A stretch of 42,501 nucleotides of DNA, taken from NCBI GenBank assembly GCA_018302765.1, contig JAGVZG010000008.1, positions 1-42,501 on the forward strand, written 5' to 3'. The translations under genes and the position numbers were made by a program. Under the pieces are notes generated by a model, which worked only from the letters and a program-made list of their open reading frames with translations, was not told the origin of the DNA and ran no database searches. The DNA comes from Candidatus Woesearchaeota archaeon (GTDB lineage: Archaea; Nanobdellota; Nanobdellia; SCGC-AAA011-G17; GW2011-AR18). Positions 27,939-37,131 of this stretch are shown one piece after another; within the stretch, counting starts at the first letter, position 1, and each line of letters starts with the position of its first letter.

Positions 27939-28541
27939 TTAGGGTTTTCTTTTGTTTTTCAATTTATAGAATTCTTTTTTAAGAATGTCTTCATTTATTG
28001 GTATTGATTTTGGTTTATCTTTAGGCATGACTTCAAATATAATTTCTTTCATTTTAGCAAGTTCACTTTCATTTGAAGGTTTGCCTTGCCAGGAAATTTT
28101 CATAGAGTCATCTTTAGTTCTAGGAATTAAGTTAATTACAAAATGATCAAATTTTTGTCCTGCAGTTTTGCCTTCAGAATCCAAAATATTAATACCTTCC
28201 GAAATAGTACCCAAAGCAAATGCTAATTTTTTTATTATTTTGCCTATGTTTTCAGATTCTTGTTCATTAAGTTCTGCAAATAATCTAATATGCCTTTTTG
28301 TGAATAATAATGTATGGCCTTTATTTACAGGATTTATCTCTAGCACGGCTAAAAATTCCCCATCTTCATAAACTTTAGTAGTAGGGATTTTGCCTTCGCT
28401 CATTAAACAAAAAGGACATTGTGGTGTTTCCTGTTCAAACTGTGACATTATTTCTTTCAGTTTTGGCTCTCTTTCTTCTTCAGGCAAGGATTGAATATAT
28501 TCTTGTATTTGCTCTAATTGTTCTTTTGTTAACTTTGGCAT
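27939..28541 (-). CDS. HIT-family protein with degenerate histidine triad and N-terminal helical extension
   Basis: CPFC...KVYED...LEINP..KGHTL...H; the triad position reads GQKFDHFVINLIPR. Confidence 0.85.
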   Translation of the reverse strand: MPKLTKEQLEQIQEYIQSLPEEEREPKLKEIMSQFEQETPQCPFCLMSEGKIPTTKVYEDGEFLAVLEINPVNKGHTLLFTKRHIRLFAELNEQESENIGKIIKKLAFALGTISEGINILDSEGKTAGQKFDHFVINLIPRTKDDSMKISWQGKPSNESELAKMKEIIFEVMPKDKPKSIPINEDILKKEFYKLKNKRKP

Positions 28542-28646
28542 GAATTAATAATTTGTAATAAATTAATAAACTTTAGCATTTAAAATTTCCTTTAATTTTA
28601 GAAATATAACAAAACTTATTAAGTAACATAACTTAAATAATTTATA

Positions 28647-30611
28647 ATGCAGAATAGAAAATTACTCATTCTTTTCTTATTATTTATATTAATAGTAATT
28701 GGTGGTTGCACTTCTAAACAAGAATCTTCACCTGAAAAACCAGTACAGCAGCGAGAAACCGTGCAACAACCTGAAGCAGAAGATATTATGCAAAGAAAAC
28801 AACCTATGCAGTCTCAACAGTCTTGGCAACCTAAAGGTATTGCAATAGAAGGAACATATGCAGATGCTGAAATTGTAGAACTTGAGGATGGCGCTTACAG
28901 AATATATTACTCCATTGAGCCAGAAGTTCCAGGAAATAAATTAGAAATTTTTTCTTCAATTTCTGCAGATGGGATAAATTGGAAAAATGAGGAAGGAATA
29001 ATAAAAGAGTTTGCAACTTTTCCTGATATAGTAAAGCTTCCAGATGGGAGGTTTAGAATGTATTTCCAAAATGCTGGTGTGATAAAAAGTGCAACGTCCC
29101 ATGACGGCTTAAACTGGGTGGATGATCCAGGTGTTAGGATTGATAAACATGAATCAGGATTTAAATTAGAAGATGTAGGTGCTCAAAGCACAGTTCAATT
29201 AGATGACGGCACTTACATTATGGTTTATCGTGGGACTATCAGTGAACCTTATCAAATTGCTGAGAAAATTTCAAATAAAGACACGCATGTTTATTTTTGG
29301 GCGACTTCCAAAGACGGTTTGATCTTTGAAAAGAAAGGATTGGCCATTGACTCAAGAAATGATGTCTTACTTGGAGCAGCTGATGGTGCGGAGTGGGTGA
29401 AATGGGATCAGATTGCAGGGCAAGCTGAATTAAGAGTTTACTTTTGGAGTTATGCCGGTGTTTATCATGTGGTTTATCAGGATGGCATTTTTTCCGAGCC
29501 GGTTTTTGACTTTACAAACAATCAAGACAAAATGGCCAAATTCTCGCCTAATCCGCCTGGCGATCCAACGTTAACAAAAATCAATGGCAAGTGGTTTATG
29601 TATTACGGACAGCATACGAAAGGAATTTATTATGCGACTTTAGAGCAGCAGCAAGAGCTTTCCCAAACTATGCAATCGGGTGAAAAGCTAAGCATACCGC
29701 CTTCTATAGAAAACAGCTGTATTGGGTTTAAGATTGGTGGACCAAATAAAACAGCTACAATAAATATGATCGGAGCTGGTTGGGTAACATTCATGTGGCC
29801 TCATTTCACGTGGGGACGCATAGAAAAGGAGCCAGGCATTTTTGATTTCAGCGAGATGGACAATATCGTCAAGACTGCGCAGGAAAACAACGTTGCGACT
29901 CTTGCAGAGCTACAGCCCTTCGCAGACTGGGACCAAGCATGGGATAAGAATTGTAAGGCAAAAGAAAATAGTTATTTGTGCAAGCCAAAAGACATGCAAG
30001 CATACAAGGTATTTGTTTCTAAAACTGTAGAAAGATATGACGGTGACGGCGAGAGCGACATGCCTGGTTTAAAAATTCCTATAAAATATTGGCAAATAAT
30101 AAATGAGCCAGACATAAAGGAAGATCCTTATGTAATATTCTTCGTTGGAAATGAAAAAGATTACTTTGAAGTTCTGAAAGAGAGCTACCAAACAATAAAA
30201 CAAGTGTGTGCAGACTGCAAAGTATTGCATGGTGCAGCAGCAGGCGTTAAATTAAACTTGCTTTCATTTTGGGACAATTTTTTTAAATTAGGCGGTGCGG
30301 ATTATTTTGACATAGCAAATATACACTATGTCGGTATAGATATTTCAACTGGAAAAACTGTAAATGTAGGAGATTTGTCAACCCTAAATACTAAACCATT
30401 TAAGGACCTGCTTGATAAACATAAAATCAAAAAGCCTATTTGGGTAACTGAAGCAGTACTCAAAAGTTCAAGTGCAAAGTCATCATTGCAAGGTGCCTTG
30501 TCAGCAGGAGCATCTAAAGTTTTCTTTGTTGGGTTTGGTATTGATGAGTCAGAATCTGCTAGTAGATACTCAGCAGACTATAAGGAAATAACACAGTTGT
30601 GCCTAAAATAA
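28647..30611 (+). CDS. Lipoprotein with beta-propeller glycoside-hydrolase-like domain fused to clan GH-A TIM barrel
   Basis: Lipobox IGGC; repeated blades DAEIVELEDGAYRIYY / PDIVKLPDGRFRMYF / STVQLDDGTYIMVY; WGRIEKEPGIFDF, WQIINEPD (acid/base) and PIWVTE (nucleophile). Confidence 0.75.
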   Translation: MQNRKLLILFLLFILIVIGGCTSKQESSPEKPVQQRETVQQPEAEDIMQRKQPMQSQQSWQPKGIAIEGTYADAEIVELEDGAYRIYYSIEPEVPGNKLEIFSSISADGINWKNEEGIIKEFATFPDIVKLPDGRFRMYFQNAGVIKSATSHDGLNWVDDPGVRIDKHESGFKLEDVGAQSTVQLDDGTYIMVYRGTISEPYQIAEKISNKDTHVYFWATSKDGLIFEKKGLAIDSRNDVLLGAADGAEWVKWDQIAGQAELRVYFWSYAGVYHVVYQDGIFSEPVFDFTNNQDKMAKFSPNPPGDPTLTKINGKWFMYYGQHTKGIYYATLEQQQELSQTMQSGEKLSIPPSIENSCIGFKIGGPNKTATINMIGAGWVTFMWPHFTWGRIEKEPGIFDFSEMDNIVKTAQENNVATLAELQPFADWDQAWDKNCKAKENSYLCKPKDMQAYKVFVSKTVERYDGDGESDMPGLKIPIKYWQIINEPDIKEDPYVIFFVGNEKDYFEVLKESYQTIKQVCADCKVLHGAAAGVKLNLLSFWDNFFKLGGADYFDIANIHYVGIDISTGKTVNVGDLSTLNTKPFKDLLDKHKIKKPIWVTEAVLKSSSAKSSLQGALSAGASKVFFVGFGIDESESASRYSADYKEITQLCLK

Positions 30612-30639
30612 CTTAAAAAAACTCTAACGCAGTTATGGT

Positions 30640-31083
30640 CTAAGCAACAAACACAAACCAAGTTATAATACTGAGAATTATTCCAATAATATATAAAGCA
30701 GGAATTCTGAATTTTCCAATAACAATCCATGGATAATAAGAAGCAAACCTTGGATTCCAAGAATCTTTAAATCTAATTTCTGTATTAACTACAAACCAAA
30801 AAAAATCCTCAACCACCATTCCAGACCAGTATGCAGACAATAATATTCCAAATAGTTTCCAGCTAAAGCCTGCAATTACTAGTGGTAATATAATAAGTAT
30901 CAAAGGTAAGTATACTACAAATAACCAAAAATGATATCTTGTCAATGATAGATTTTTAGCAAATCTTATTTTCCAGCCATATTTATTTTTGTCCCAAGCA
31001 TTTCTGCCTTCTACAGAAGACTCCCAAAAAGAATGAGCTATCATTGCAGCCCATACAACAGCAAAAATCCAAAAAACTTGCAT
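30640..31083 (-). CDS. Hypothetical membrane protein
   Basis: About four hydrophobic, Trp-rich segments; ATG at 31083. Confidence 0.7.
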   Translation of the reverse strand: MQVFWIFAVVWAAMIAHSFWESSVEGRNAWDKNKYGWKIRFAKNLSLTRYHFWLFVVYLPLILIILPLVIAGFSWKLFGILLSAYWSGMVVEDFFWFVVNTEIRFKDSWNPRFASYYPWIVIGKFRIPALYIIGIILSIITWFVFVA

Positions 31084-31190
31084 AGTTATAGCTGAATAAT
31101 TCAATTTAATAATCTTTTCAAAATTAGTAATTACTATTAAGTAATAATAATATAGAAATATTTATAAATTAGAACCATTACTCTGAATGC

Positions 31191-31927
31191 ATGAAATCTA
31201 AATTCAAAGGTAAACTGTTAGTAAACCTGCCCAAACATAATCCAAATATAGATATATTAAGGGGGAATTTTGGAAGAGAATTTCTAGCAGAATATAATGG
31301 AAGGGTGAGAGATAAATATAGAAACAATTCTATTTTAAGAGTTTTAAGTGAATCCAATGGTTTAGTAAAAGGTTCTAATTCTTTTGCAGTTGTTTTAGCT
31401 AATGAAATATTGGCTCAAGAAGGATTAAGAACTGCAACACAAGCAGATCTTGAATTAATATTAAGATATAGACCAGATTTAAAATTAAGAGAAAATTATG
31501 AAGATATAGGATTAGTTTTAAGAAGTGAGGGGATCCAAATAGTTATCTTGCAAGAGATTTAACAAAACAACTAAGAGGAAGAAATCAAAGGCTTGAATAC
31601 CCTGTTTTAATTAATTTGGTAGATCTTGAATTAAAAATAGATAAAGATTCAAATTATGGGTTAGCATTTAATTTAAAAGACAAAGCAGTTCCAATTTATG
31701 CTCCAGTTTTAAATGGTATTTTTGGTAGTTGTAGGTTTGATTCTTATAATATAGACGAATCTACAGGGTTGCCAAGAACATTAGAGAAAGGAAGTAGATA
31801 TTTATACACAAGAAATTTTGGTTTATCTAGGGTGTGCTTGCTCAAACTGAATCTGAAGTCAGACAATGACGAATTGGACAGCTCAAGGGTTGAGGGAAGA
31901 ATTATAGTAGTAAGTAAGGAGTACTAA
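31191..31927 (+). pseudogene. Frameshifted paralogue of the DGR variable-protein-like gene at 15697-16449
   Basis: Two ORFs align end to end with the intact copy; one base is missing in the G4 run at 31529-31532. Restoring it gives DPNSYLARDLTKQLRG, matching NPNSYLARDLTKQLRA. Confidence 0.85.
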
Positions 31928-31936
31928 ATCTGAAAA

Positions 31937-32512
31937 ATGAAAATTCCAAAATTATTATCTGAAGACCTTATAGAACCGCGAAGAAGAAATAATAGAATTT
32001 TATCTCCTTATGAAATTCCAATTCATCCAAGAGTATATAATTCAGATTTTGCTTATACTAAAGAGTTCATGGAAGAAGTTAGAGCTAGAATGCCTCAAGC
32101 ATTGCGTGATGATATCTCAAGAATAGAAATAGTTTTAGGCATAGATCTAGGAATCACAATTACAGATGAATCAATTTTAGAAGGTTCTTATGAAATAAAA
32201 TTTAAGGATATAGATTATGAAGCTAAATCACAAGAAAGACAAATCGGAGTTGAAGTTCATGCGGCTAATACATTTATTTTACCCCATTTATCGAGAACTT
32301 TAGAAATAGACACAAGACTTGGAATAAACCCTATCCTTTCTCATCCATTGCCGCCTAATAAAATATTAGAATATTCTTTTGATTCAGATGGAGATTATTT
32401 TAAATTTTATTCATGGTACACTCACAATTTACATGATGTAGGTGAAGGATTTTTTCACTATCTTAGGGCATTTGCTATTGAATTTAATAATCACGGTTTG
32501 TCAAAATTATAA
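31937..32512 (+). CDS. Hypothetical protein
   Basis: 191-aa ORF starting 9 nt after the previous stop, with genome-typical codon use. Confidence 0.7.
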   Translation: MKIPKLLSEDLIEPRRRNNRILSPYEIPIHPRVYNSDFAYTKEFMEEVRARMPQALRDDISRIEIVLGIDLGITITDESILEGSYEIKFKDIDYEAKSQERQIGVEVHAANTFILPHLSRTLEIDTRLGINPILSHPLPPNKILEYSFDSDGDYFKFYSWYTHNLHDVGEGFFHYLRAFAIEFNNHGLSKL

Positions 32513-32513
32513 T

Positions 32514-32789
32514 TTAACCAATAGCTCTTCTCATGTCAACAACTTCAGCAGAGCTTACACCTTCTATGCTAGAAATCTTGTCTGCAAGATCTTCAGAACC
32601 TTTAGACTCATCTAGATAAAAAATTAATTTCAAAGCATTTAAGCCAAAAGCCACAGGTTCTATAAAATCTTTATCCAAAAGTTCAGCGCCAAAATCATCA
32701 CTTACTTCCTTAGCTTTATCTCTTAGAATTTTTAAGTCTATTTCAGGAGATTCGGGCATTATTTTTATAGTAATAAACATCTTTGCCAT
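32514..32789 (-). CDS. ef1b: Translation elongation factor 1-beta
   Basis: IKIMPESPEIDL, EPVAFGLNAL, IEGVSSAEVVDMRR. Confidence 0.96.
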   Translation of the reverse strand: MAKMFITIKIMPESPEIDLKILRDKAKEVSDDFGAELLDKDFIEPVAFGLNALKLIFYLDESKGSEDLADKISSIEGVSSAEVVDMRRAIG

Positions 32790-32792
32790 TTT

Positions 32793-32966
32793 TTAATTCG
32801 GTCCGCTAAATGAGCAGTTAGGGCATATATATTTAGCAACTATCTTTCTGCAATGAGAACACCTAACAATTTCTGTTTCTCCGCATTTAGGACACTTGAA
32901 TCTTACAGAACCAGGCATATTTGTAATTCTAACATTACATGATGTGCATGTTATTTCTTGTGCCAT
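32793..32966 (-). CDS. Zinc-ribbon protein (DUF1610 / HVO_2753-like)
   Basis: Own translation MAQEITCTSCNVRITNMPGSVRFKCPKCGETEIVRCSHCRKIVAKYICPNCSFSGPN; conserved position upstream of EF-1beta; missed by the ORF track. Confidence 0.9.
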   Translation of the reverse strand: MAQEITCTSCNVRITNMPGSVRFKCPKCGETEIVRCSHCRKIVAKYICPNCSFSGPN

Positions 32967-33042
32967 TAGCTCAGCACGTTTACAAATCTTTATAAATTTA
33001 ACTATATAGAAATTTGTGAGGTGAACAAGAAATTCTCAAATT

Positions 33043-34092
33043 ATGGCTAGAATACTTTATGGAGTAATAAGTGTTGGTTTTGGCCACGCAATGAGAAGCA
33101 AAGCAGTTCTAGATCATCTAAAAAAATCAGGTCATAAATTATTTATACTTACAAGCCACAGGATTTATAATTATTACAAAAGCCATTACGATAGTGTGCA
33201 CAATATTGAGGGTTTGGAATTGGTATTTAGAAAAAATGCTGTCCTAAATATAAAATCTTTATTAAAAAACATTCAAAAAATTTCTAAGGAGAATTATAAC
33301 AAGCTAATTAAAGTAAAAAAGGAAATAGATGAATTTGACCCTCAAGTTGTGATATCAGATATGGAAACATTTAGCAGTTTTATAGCAAATGAAAGAAATA
33401 TTCCTTCTATATCTATAGATAATCAGCATTATCTAATACATGGAGAATATAGTTTCCCTGAAAAGTACAGGTTGAGTTATCTCAAAGCAATAATGATAAT
33501 AAAAGGGATAATGTTTAAGACAAAATATTACTTGGTTATGGCTTTTCCAGGTTGCAAATTAAAAAATAAAACAAACCTATTTCAGATTCAGCCAGTATTA
33601 AGAAATGAGATATTAAATGCAAAGTCTAAAAACTTAGATTATATATTTGTATATCAGTCAACTAAAAGTCATGAAAAATTAATTGAAATATTAAAAAGAA
33701 TTAATTATAAGTTTATTGTTTATGGTTTTGATAAAAACCATAAAGTTGGAAATTTAATATTCAAGAAATTCAGTGATGATAAAGAATACATCAATGACTT
33801 GTCAAATTGCAAGGCAGTTATTACAAACGGTGGGTTTACATTAATTAGTGAAGCTATTTACCTAAAGAAGCCAATTTTGGTTGTTCCAATAAAAAAGCAT
33901 TTTGAGCAGATAATGAATGCCATGTATGTTAAAGAAAATAAAATAGGGGAGTTTTATGATGATCTGGATGAAACCCACGTGGTTGAGTTCATAATGAATC
34001 TAAAAAGATATAAATTTGACAAGTTTGAGAAGTGGGATAATGAGAAAGCATTTAGGTTATTAGATATGCTGATACGTAAAGAGACAAAATGA
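33043..34092 (+). CDS. GT-B glycosyltransferase, MJ1255/VC2487 family
   Basis: ILYGV...GFGHAMRS, PQVVISDME, SIDNQH, VITNGGFTLISEAIYLKKP...HFEQIMNA. Confidence 0.88.
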   Translation: MARILYGVISVGFGHAMRSKAVLDHLKKSGHKLFILTSHRIYNYYKSHYDSVHNIEGLELVFRKNAVLNIKSLLKNIQKISKENYNKLIKVKKEIDEFDPQVVISDMETFSSFIANERNIPSISIDNQHYLIHGEYSFPEKYRLSYLKAIMIIKGIMFKTKYYLVMAFPGCKLKNKTNLFQIQPVLRNEILNAKSKNLDYIFVYQSTKSHEKLIEILKRINYKFIVYGFDKNHKVGNLIFKKFSDDKEYINDLSNCKAVITNGGFTLISEAIYLKKPILVVPIKKHFEQIMNAMYVKENKIGEFYDDLDETHVVEFIMNLKRYKFDKFEKWDNEKAFRLLDMLIRKETK

Positions 34093-34634
34093 ACTCATTT
34101 ATTATAAACATAATTTACTTACTTCTTCCAGCAGCATTAGCAAATATGACTCCTGTTCTAGTAAAAAAATATTTTAAATTTCTGGCTTATCCAGTAGATT
34201 TTAATAAGAAATTATTTGGAAATAGAATATTTGGAAGCCACAAAACATTTAGAGGATTTTTATTTGGAATTTTATCAAGTATTTTAATTGTAATTTTTCA
34301 AGCATATTTATACAGGTTTGATTTTTTTCAAAATATAAGTTTATTAGAATATAACAAAATTAATCCAATTATTTTTGGGTTTTTATTTGGATTTGGTGTT
34401 TTATTTGGGGATTTGATTGGTAGTTTCATTAAAAGAAGATTAAAAATTTCTCCAGGAAAAAGCCTTTTGATATTAGACCAGATTAATGCAGTAATTGGAA
34501 TTGCGGTTTTTGTATTCCCATTTTACTTAAAATCTTTGGAAATTTTAATATGGATAACTTTTGTTTGGTTAATAGGGCACTTCATAATAAGATACACTGG
34601 GTTTTTATTTGGATTAAATAAAGAAAAATTATAA
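34089..34634 (+). CDS. carS: CDP-archaeol synthase
   Basis: LPAALANMTPV, PVDF...RIFGSHKTFRG, GDLIGSFIKRRL...PG...LDQ. Confidence 0.88.
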   Translation: MNSFIINIIYLLLPAALANMTPVLVKKYFKFLAYPVDFNKKLFGNRIFGSHKTFRGFLFGILSSILIVIFQAYLYRFDFFQNISLLEYNKINPIIFGFLFGFGVLFGDLIGSFIKRRLKISPGKSLLILDQINAVIGIAVFVFPFYLKSLEILIWITFVWLIGHFIIRYTGFLFGLNKEKL

Positions 34635-35045
34635 ATTAACAAGATAATATCTTATAGCACGAACTAATGGATTTCTCATAACTCTTCTATCACTAACTTT
34701 TTTAGGATATAGTTTTATTACCAGTCTTGACTTTACATCATATGTTTCTTTCCATAACAGATCTCTTGAGCCAAAGTGTATAAGCAAGTCTGCGCCATTA
34801 ACTTTTAAACTTCTTTTGTCCCATGAATAAAATGGAGCCCAACCAAGTTTTGTATAGTCCATTCTTAATGTTATCACTTTAAGTTTTCCAGCGCCAGGTA
34901 TTTTTCCTTGGCCTTCAATATAATTAGTGTGTATATGGTTGCTAACAATAACTCTAGCTTTATATGCTTCTCCTGTAATATTAAAACCATAATTAGCGCT
35001 TATATAGCAAGGTTCTTCTATAAGTCTTCTGGTTCTTATTGGCAT
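34629..35045 (-). CDS. Hypothetical protein
   Basis: ORF in the gap between carS and the antiporter; ATG at 35045; no motif recognised. Confidence 0.55.
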   Translation of the reverse strand: MPIRTRRLIEEPCYISANYGFNITGEAYKARVIVSNHIHTNYIEGQGKIPGAGKLKVITLRMDYTKLGWAPFYSWDKRSLKVNGADLLIHFGSRDLLWKETYDVKSRLVIKLYPKKVSDRRVMRNPLVRAIRYYLVNL

Positions 35046-35123
35046 ACCATAAGTAATAAGCAAAAATATTTAAAACTTTTTTAAAAAACAAACATTTTTA
35101 TTAAAAATACAATCTAGAAATAT

Positions 35124-36089
35124 ATGGCTTTGCTGACAAATTTATTGTTTTTTATAATTGCAAGCACAGTTCTGGCTGTAAGTGCTTTTGCATTGACTAA
35201 ATCATTAATCAGAATTGCAGCTTTTTTAAAACTAAGTGAATTTACAGCAGCTTTTATAATTATGGCCTTATCTACATCGCTTCCAGAATTATTTGTAGGT
35301 ATAACTTCAGCAATAAATAAAAATCCAGCATTATCTTTAGGTAATGTAATCGGGGCAAATATATCAGACCTTACACTTGTTCTTGGATTTGCAGTTATTG
35401 TTGCAAAAGGAATTAAGGTAAATAGAAAATCAATAAGAAAAGACAGTTTCTTCATGTTCTTAATTGCGATTCTGCCAATAATATTAATGATCTTAGGAAA
35501 AGGTATATCAAGATTGGACGGTGTAATTTTGATATCAGTATTCTTATTATATAGCTGGAATTTAATAAAAGAAAGAAAATATTTTCATGCAAAACTTGAG
35601 AACAAAGTTGGCAGGTTAGAAATAATAATATATAGTATGATTTTTATTATTAGTTTGGTAGCTTTATTTTTTAGTGCAAATCAAATTGTTAAATCTGGCT
35701 TAGTTCTAGCAACAGATTTAAAACTTCCACTAATTTTAGTAGGAATATTTTTAATTGCATTGGCTACAACATTACCAGAACTTGTATTTGGAATTATTTC
35801 TGCAAGAAAAGGCCATCCGGATTTTGCATTGGGTAATTCTATAGGTAGTGTTGTTGTTAATTCAACATTTGTAATTGGGATTGTTGCATTAATACAACCC
35901 ATAACTGCAAATTTTCTGTTCTTCATGACAAGTTCTTTGTTTATGATAATAGCGTGCCTGTTATTTATTACATTTATTGAATCTGGAAATGAAATTGATT
36001 TTAAAGAAGGATTAACTATGATTTCATTGTATGTATTTTTTATAATTATAGAGCTTACAATAAAAGGTTATTTTGGAAATTTTGTTTAA
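35124..36089 (+). CDS. Sodium/calcium exchanger family protein (YrbG-like)
   Basis: Two alpha repeats: ALSTSLPELFV...GNVIGANI and ALATTLPELVF...GNSIGSVV. Confidence 0.92.
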   Translation: MALLTNLLFFIIASTVLAVSAFALTKSLIRIAAFLKLSEFTAAFIIMALSTSLPELFVGITSAINKNPALSLGNVIGANISDLTLVLGFAVIVAKGIKVNRKSIRKDSFFMFLIAILPIILMILGKGISRLDGVILISVFLLYSWNLIKERKYFHAKLENKVGRLEIIIYSMIFIISLVALFFSANQIVKSGLVLATDLKLPLILVGIFLIALATTLPELVFGIISARKGHPDFALGNSIGSVVVNSTFVIGIVALIQPITANFLFFMTSSLFMIIACLLFITFIESGNEIDFKEGLTMISLYVFFIIIELTIKGYFGNFV

Positions 36090-36090
36090 T

Positions 36091-36106
36091 AAAAAAATAA
36101 AAAAAA
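36091..36106 (-). terminator. Oligo-T terminator candidate for the radA operon
   Basis: T8-A-T7 on the minus strand, 5 nt after the radA stop. Confidence 0.55.
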
Positions 36107-36111
36107 GGATT

Positions 36112-37131
36112 TTATACATCCTTCAATCCAGATTCTTCCACATTAAATATTGCCTCACCGTCTGGTAAGTGCGGACTGTCAATTAGCTTGGCAACTCTAG
36201 TTCCTTTTTTTCCTTTTCTTAAATAAATTCTTGTGGAGCTGTTGTGCCCTACTATGTGCCCACCAATTGCTGCTGTTGGATCTCCAAAAAAAGTATCTGG
36301 TTTAGCCATAACTTGGTTCGTTACATACACAACAAGGTTATAAGCAGTAGCTAATTTTTGTAGTGCATGCATATGCTTATTTAATTTTTGTTGTCTGTCT
36401 GCTAATTGACCACGGCCAGAGAAATCAGCACGAAAATGTGACATTAAAGAATCAACAACCAATAATTTTACATTTAAGCCTTCATTTTTTATTAAGTCTT
36501 CAACTTTTTCTGCAAGAAGCATCTGATGGTCACTATTAAATGCTCTAGCAACTTTAATGTTCTTTAAAATTGGTATTGGATCAAGACCTAATGCTTCTGC
36601 CATTTGTTTTATTCTCTCTGGTCTGAATGCGCCTTCAGTATCAATGTAAATACAAACTCCTTCTGCTCCTCCTTTTTCTTTTGGTAACTGCGTATTTACT
36701 GCTAATTGATGTCCTATTTGTGTCTTGCTTGAACCAAATTCTCCAAAGCATTCTGTAATGCTGCCAGCTTCGAAACCTCCACCCAGTAAACCATCAAATG
36801 TTTTTGACCCAGTAGTTATTTTCAAAATGTTTTTTCTTCTCTCAAGTAGTTCGTCTCCAGATTCAAAACCCATATTCATAGCGTCTCTTGCAGCTTTAAT
36901 CACCTTTCTTGCTGTGGACTCTGTTAAGCCTCCAGCTTCAACTAGTTCTCCAGGTGATGCTACTGCTAAAGAAAGTAAACTGTCATAGCCAGATTCTTTT
37001 AGTTTTTCAGCTGTCGCAGGACCAACGCCAGGCAGGTCTTCGACGTTTTCAATTTTAGTTTTTTTCACAATCTTTTCTTCTGGCATAACTTCCTGTACCT
37101 GCTCTAATATTTCAGTTTTTCTATTGCTCAT
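36112..37131 (-). CDS. radA: DNA repair and recombination protein RadA
   Basis: VEDLPGVGPATAEKL HhH, GEFGSSKTQ Walker A, IDTEGAFRPER, VVDSL, RGQLADRQQKL; ATG 37131 has GGAGG upstream. Exact start uncertain. Confidence 0.96.
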   Translation of the reverse strand: MSNRKTEILEQVQEVMPEEKIVKKTKIENVEDLPGVGPATAEKLKESGYDSLLSLAVASPGELVEAGGLTESTARKVIKAARDAMNMGFESGDELLERRKNILKITTGSKTFDGLLGGGFEAGSITECFGEFGSSKTQIGHQLAVNTQLPKEKGGAEGVCIYIDTEGAFRPERIKQMAEALGLDPIPILKNIKVARAFNSDHQMLLAEKVEDLIKNEGLNVKLLVVDSLMSHFRADFSGRGQLADRQQKLNKHMHALQKLATAYNLVVYVTNQVMAKPDTFFGDPTAAIGGHIVGHNSSTRIYLRKGKKGTRVAKLIDSPHLPDGEAIFNVEESGLKDV

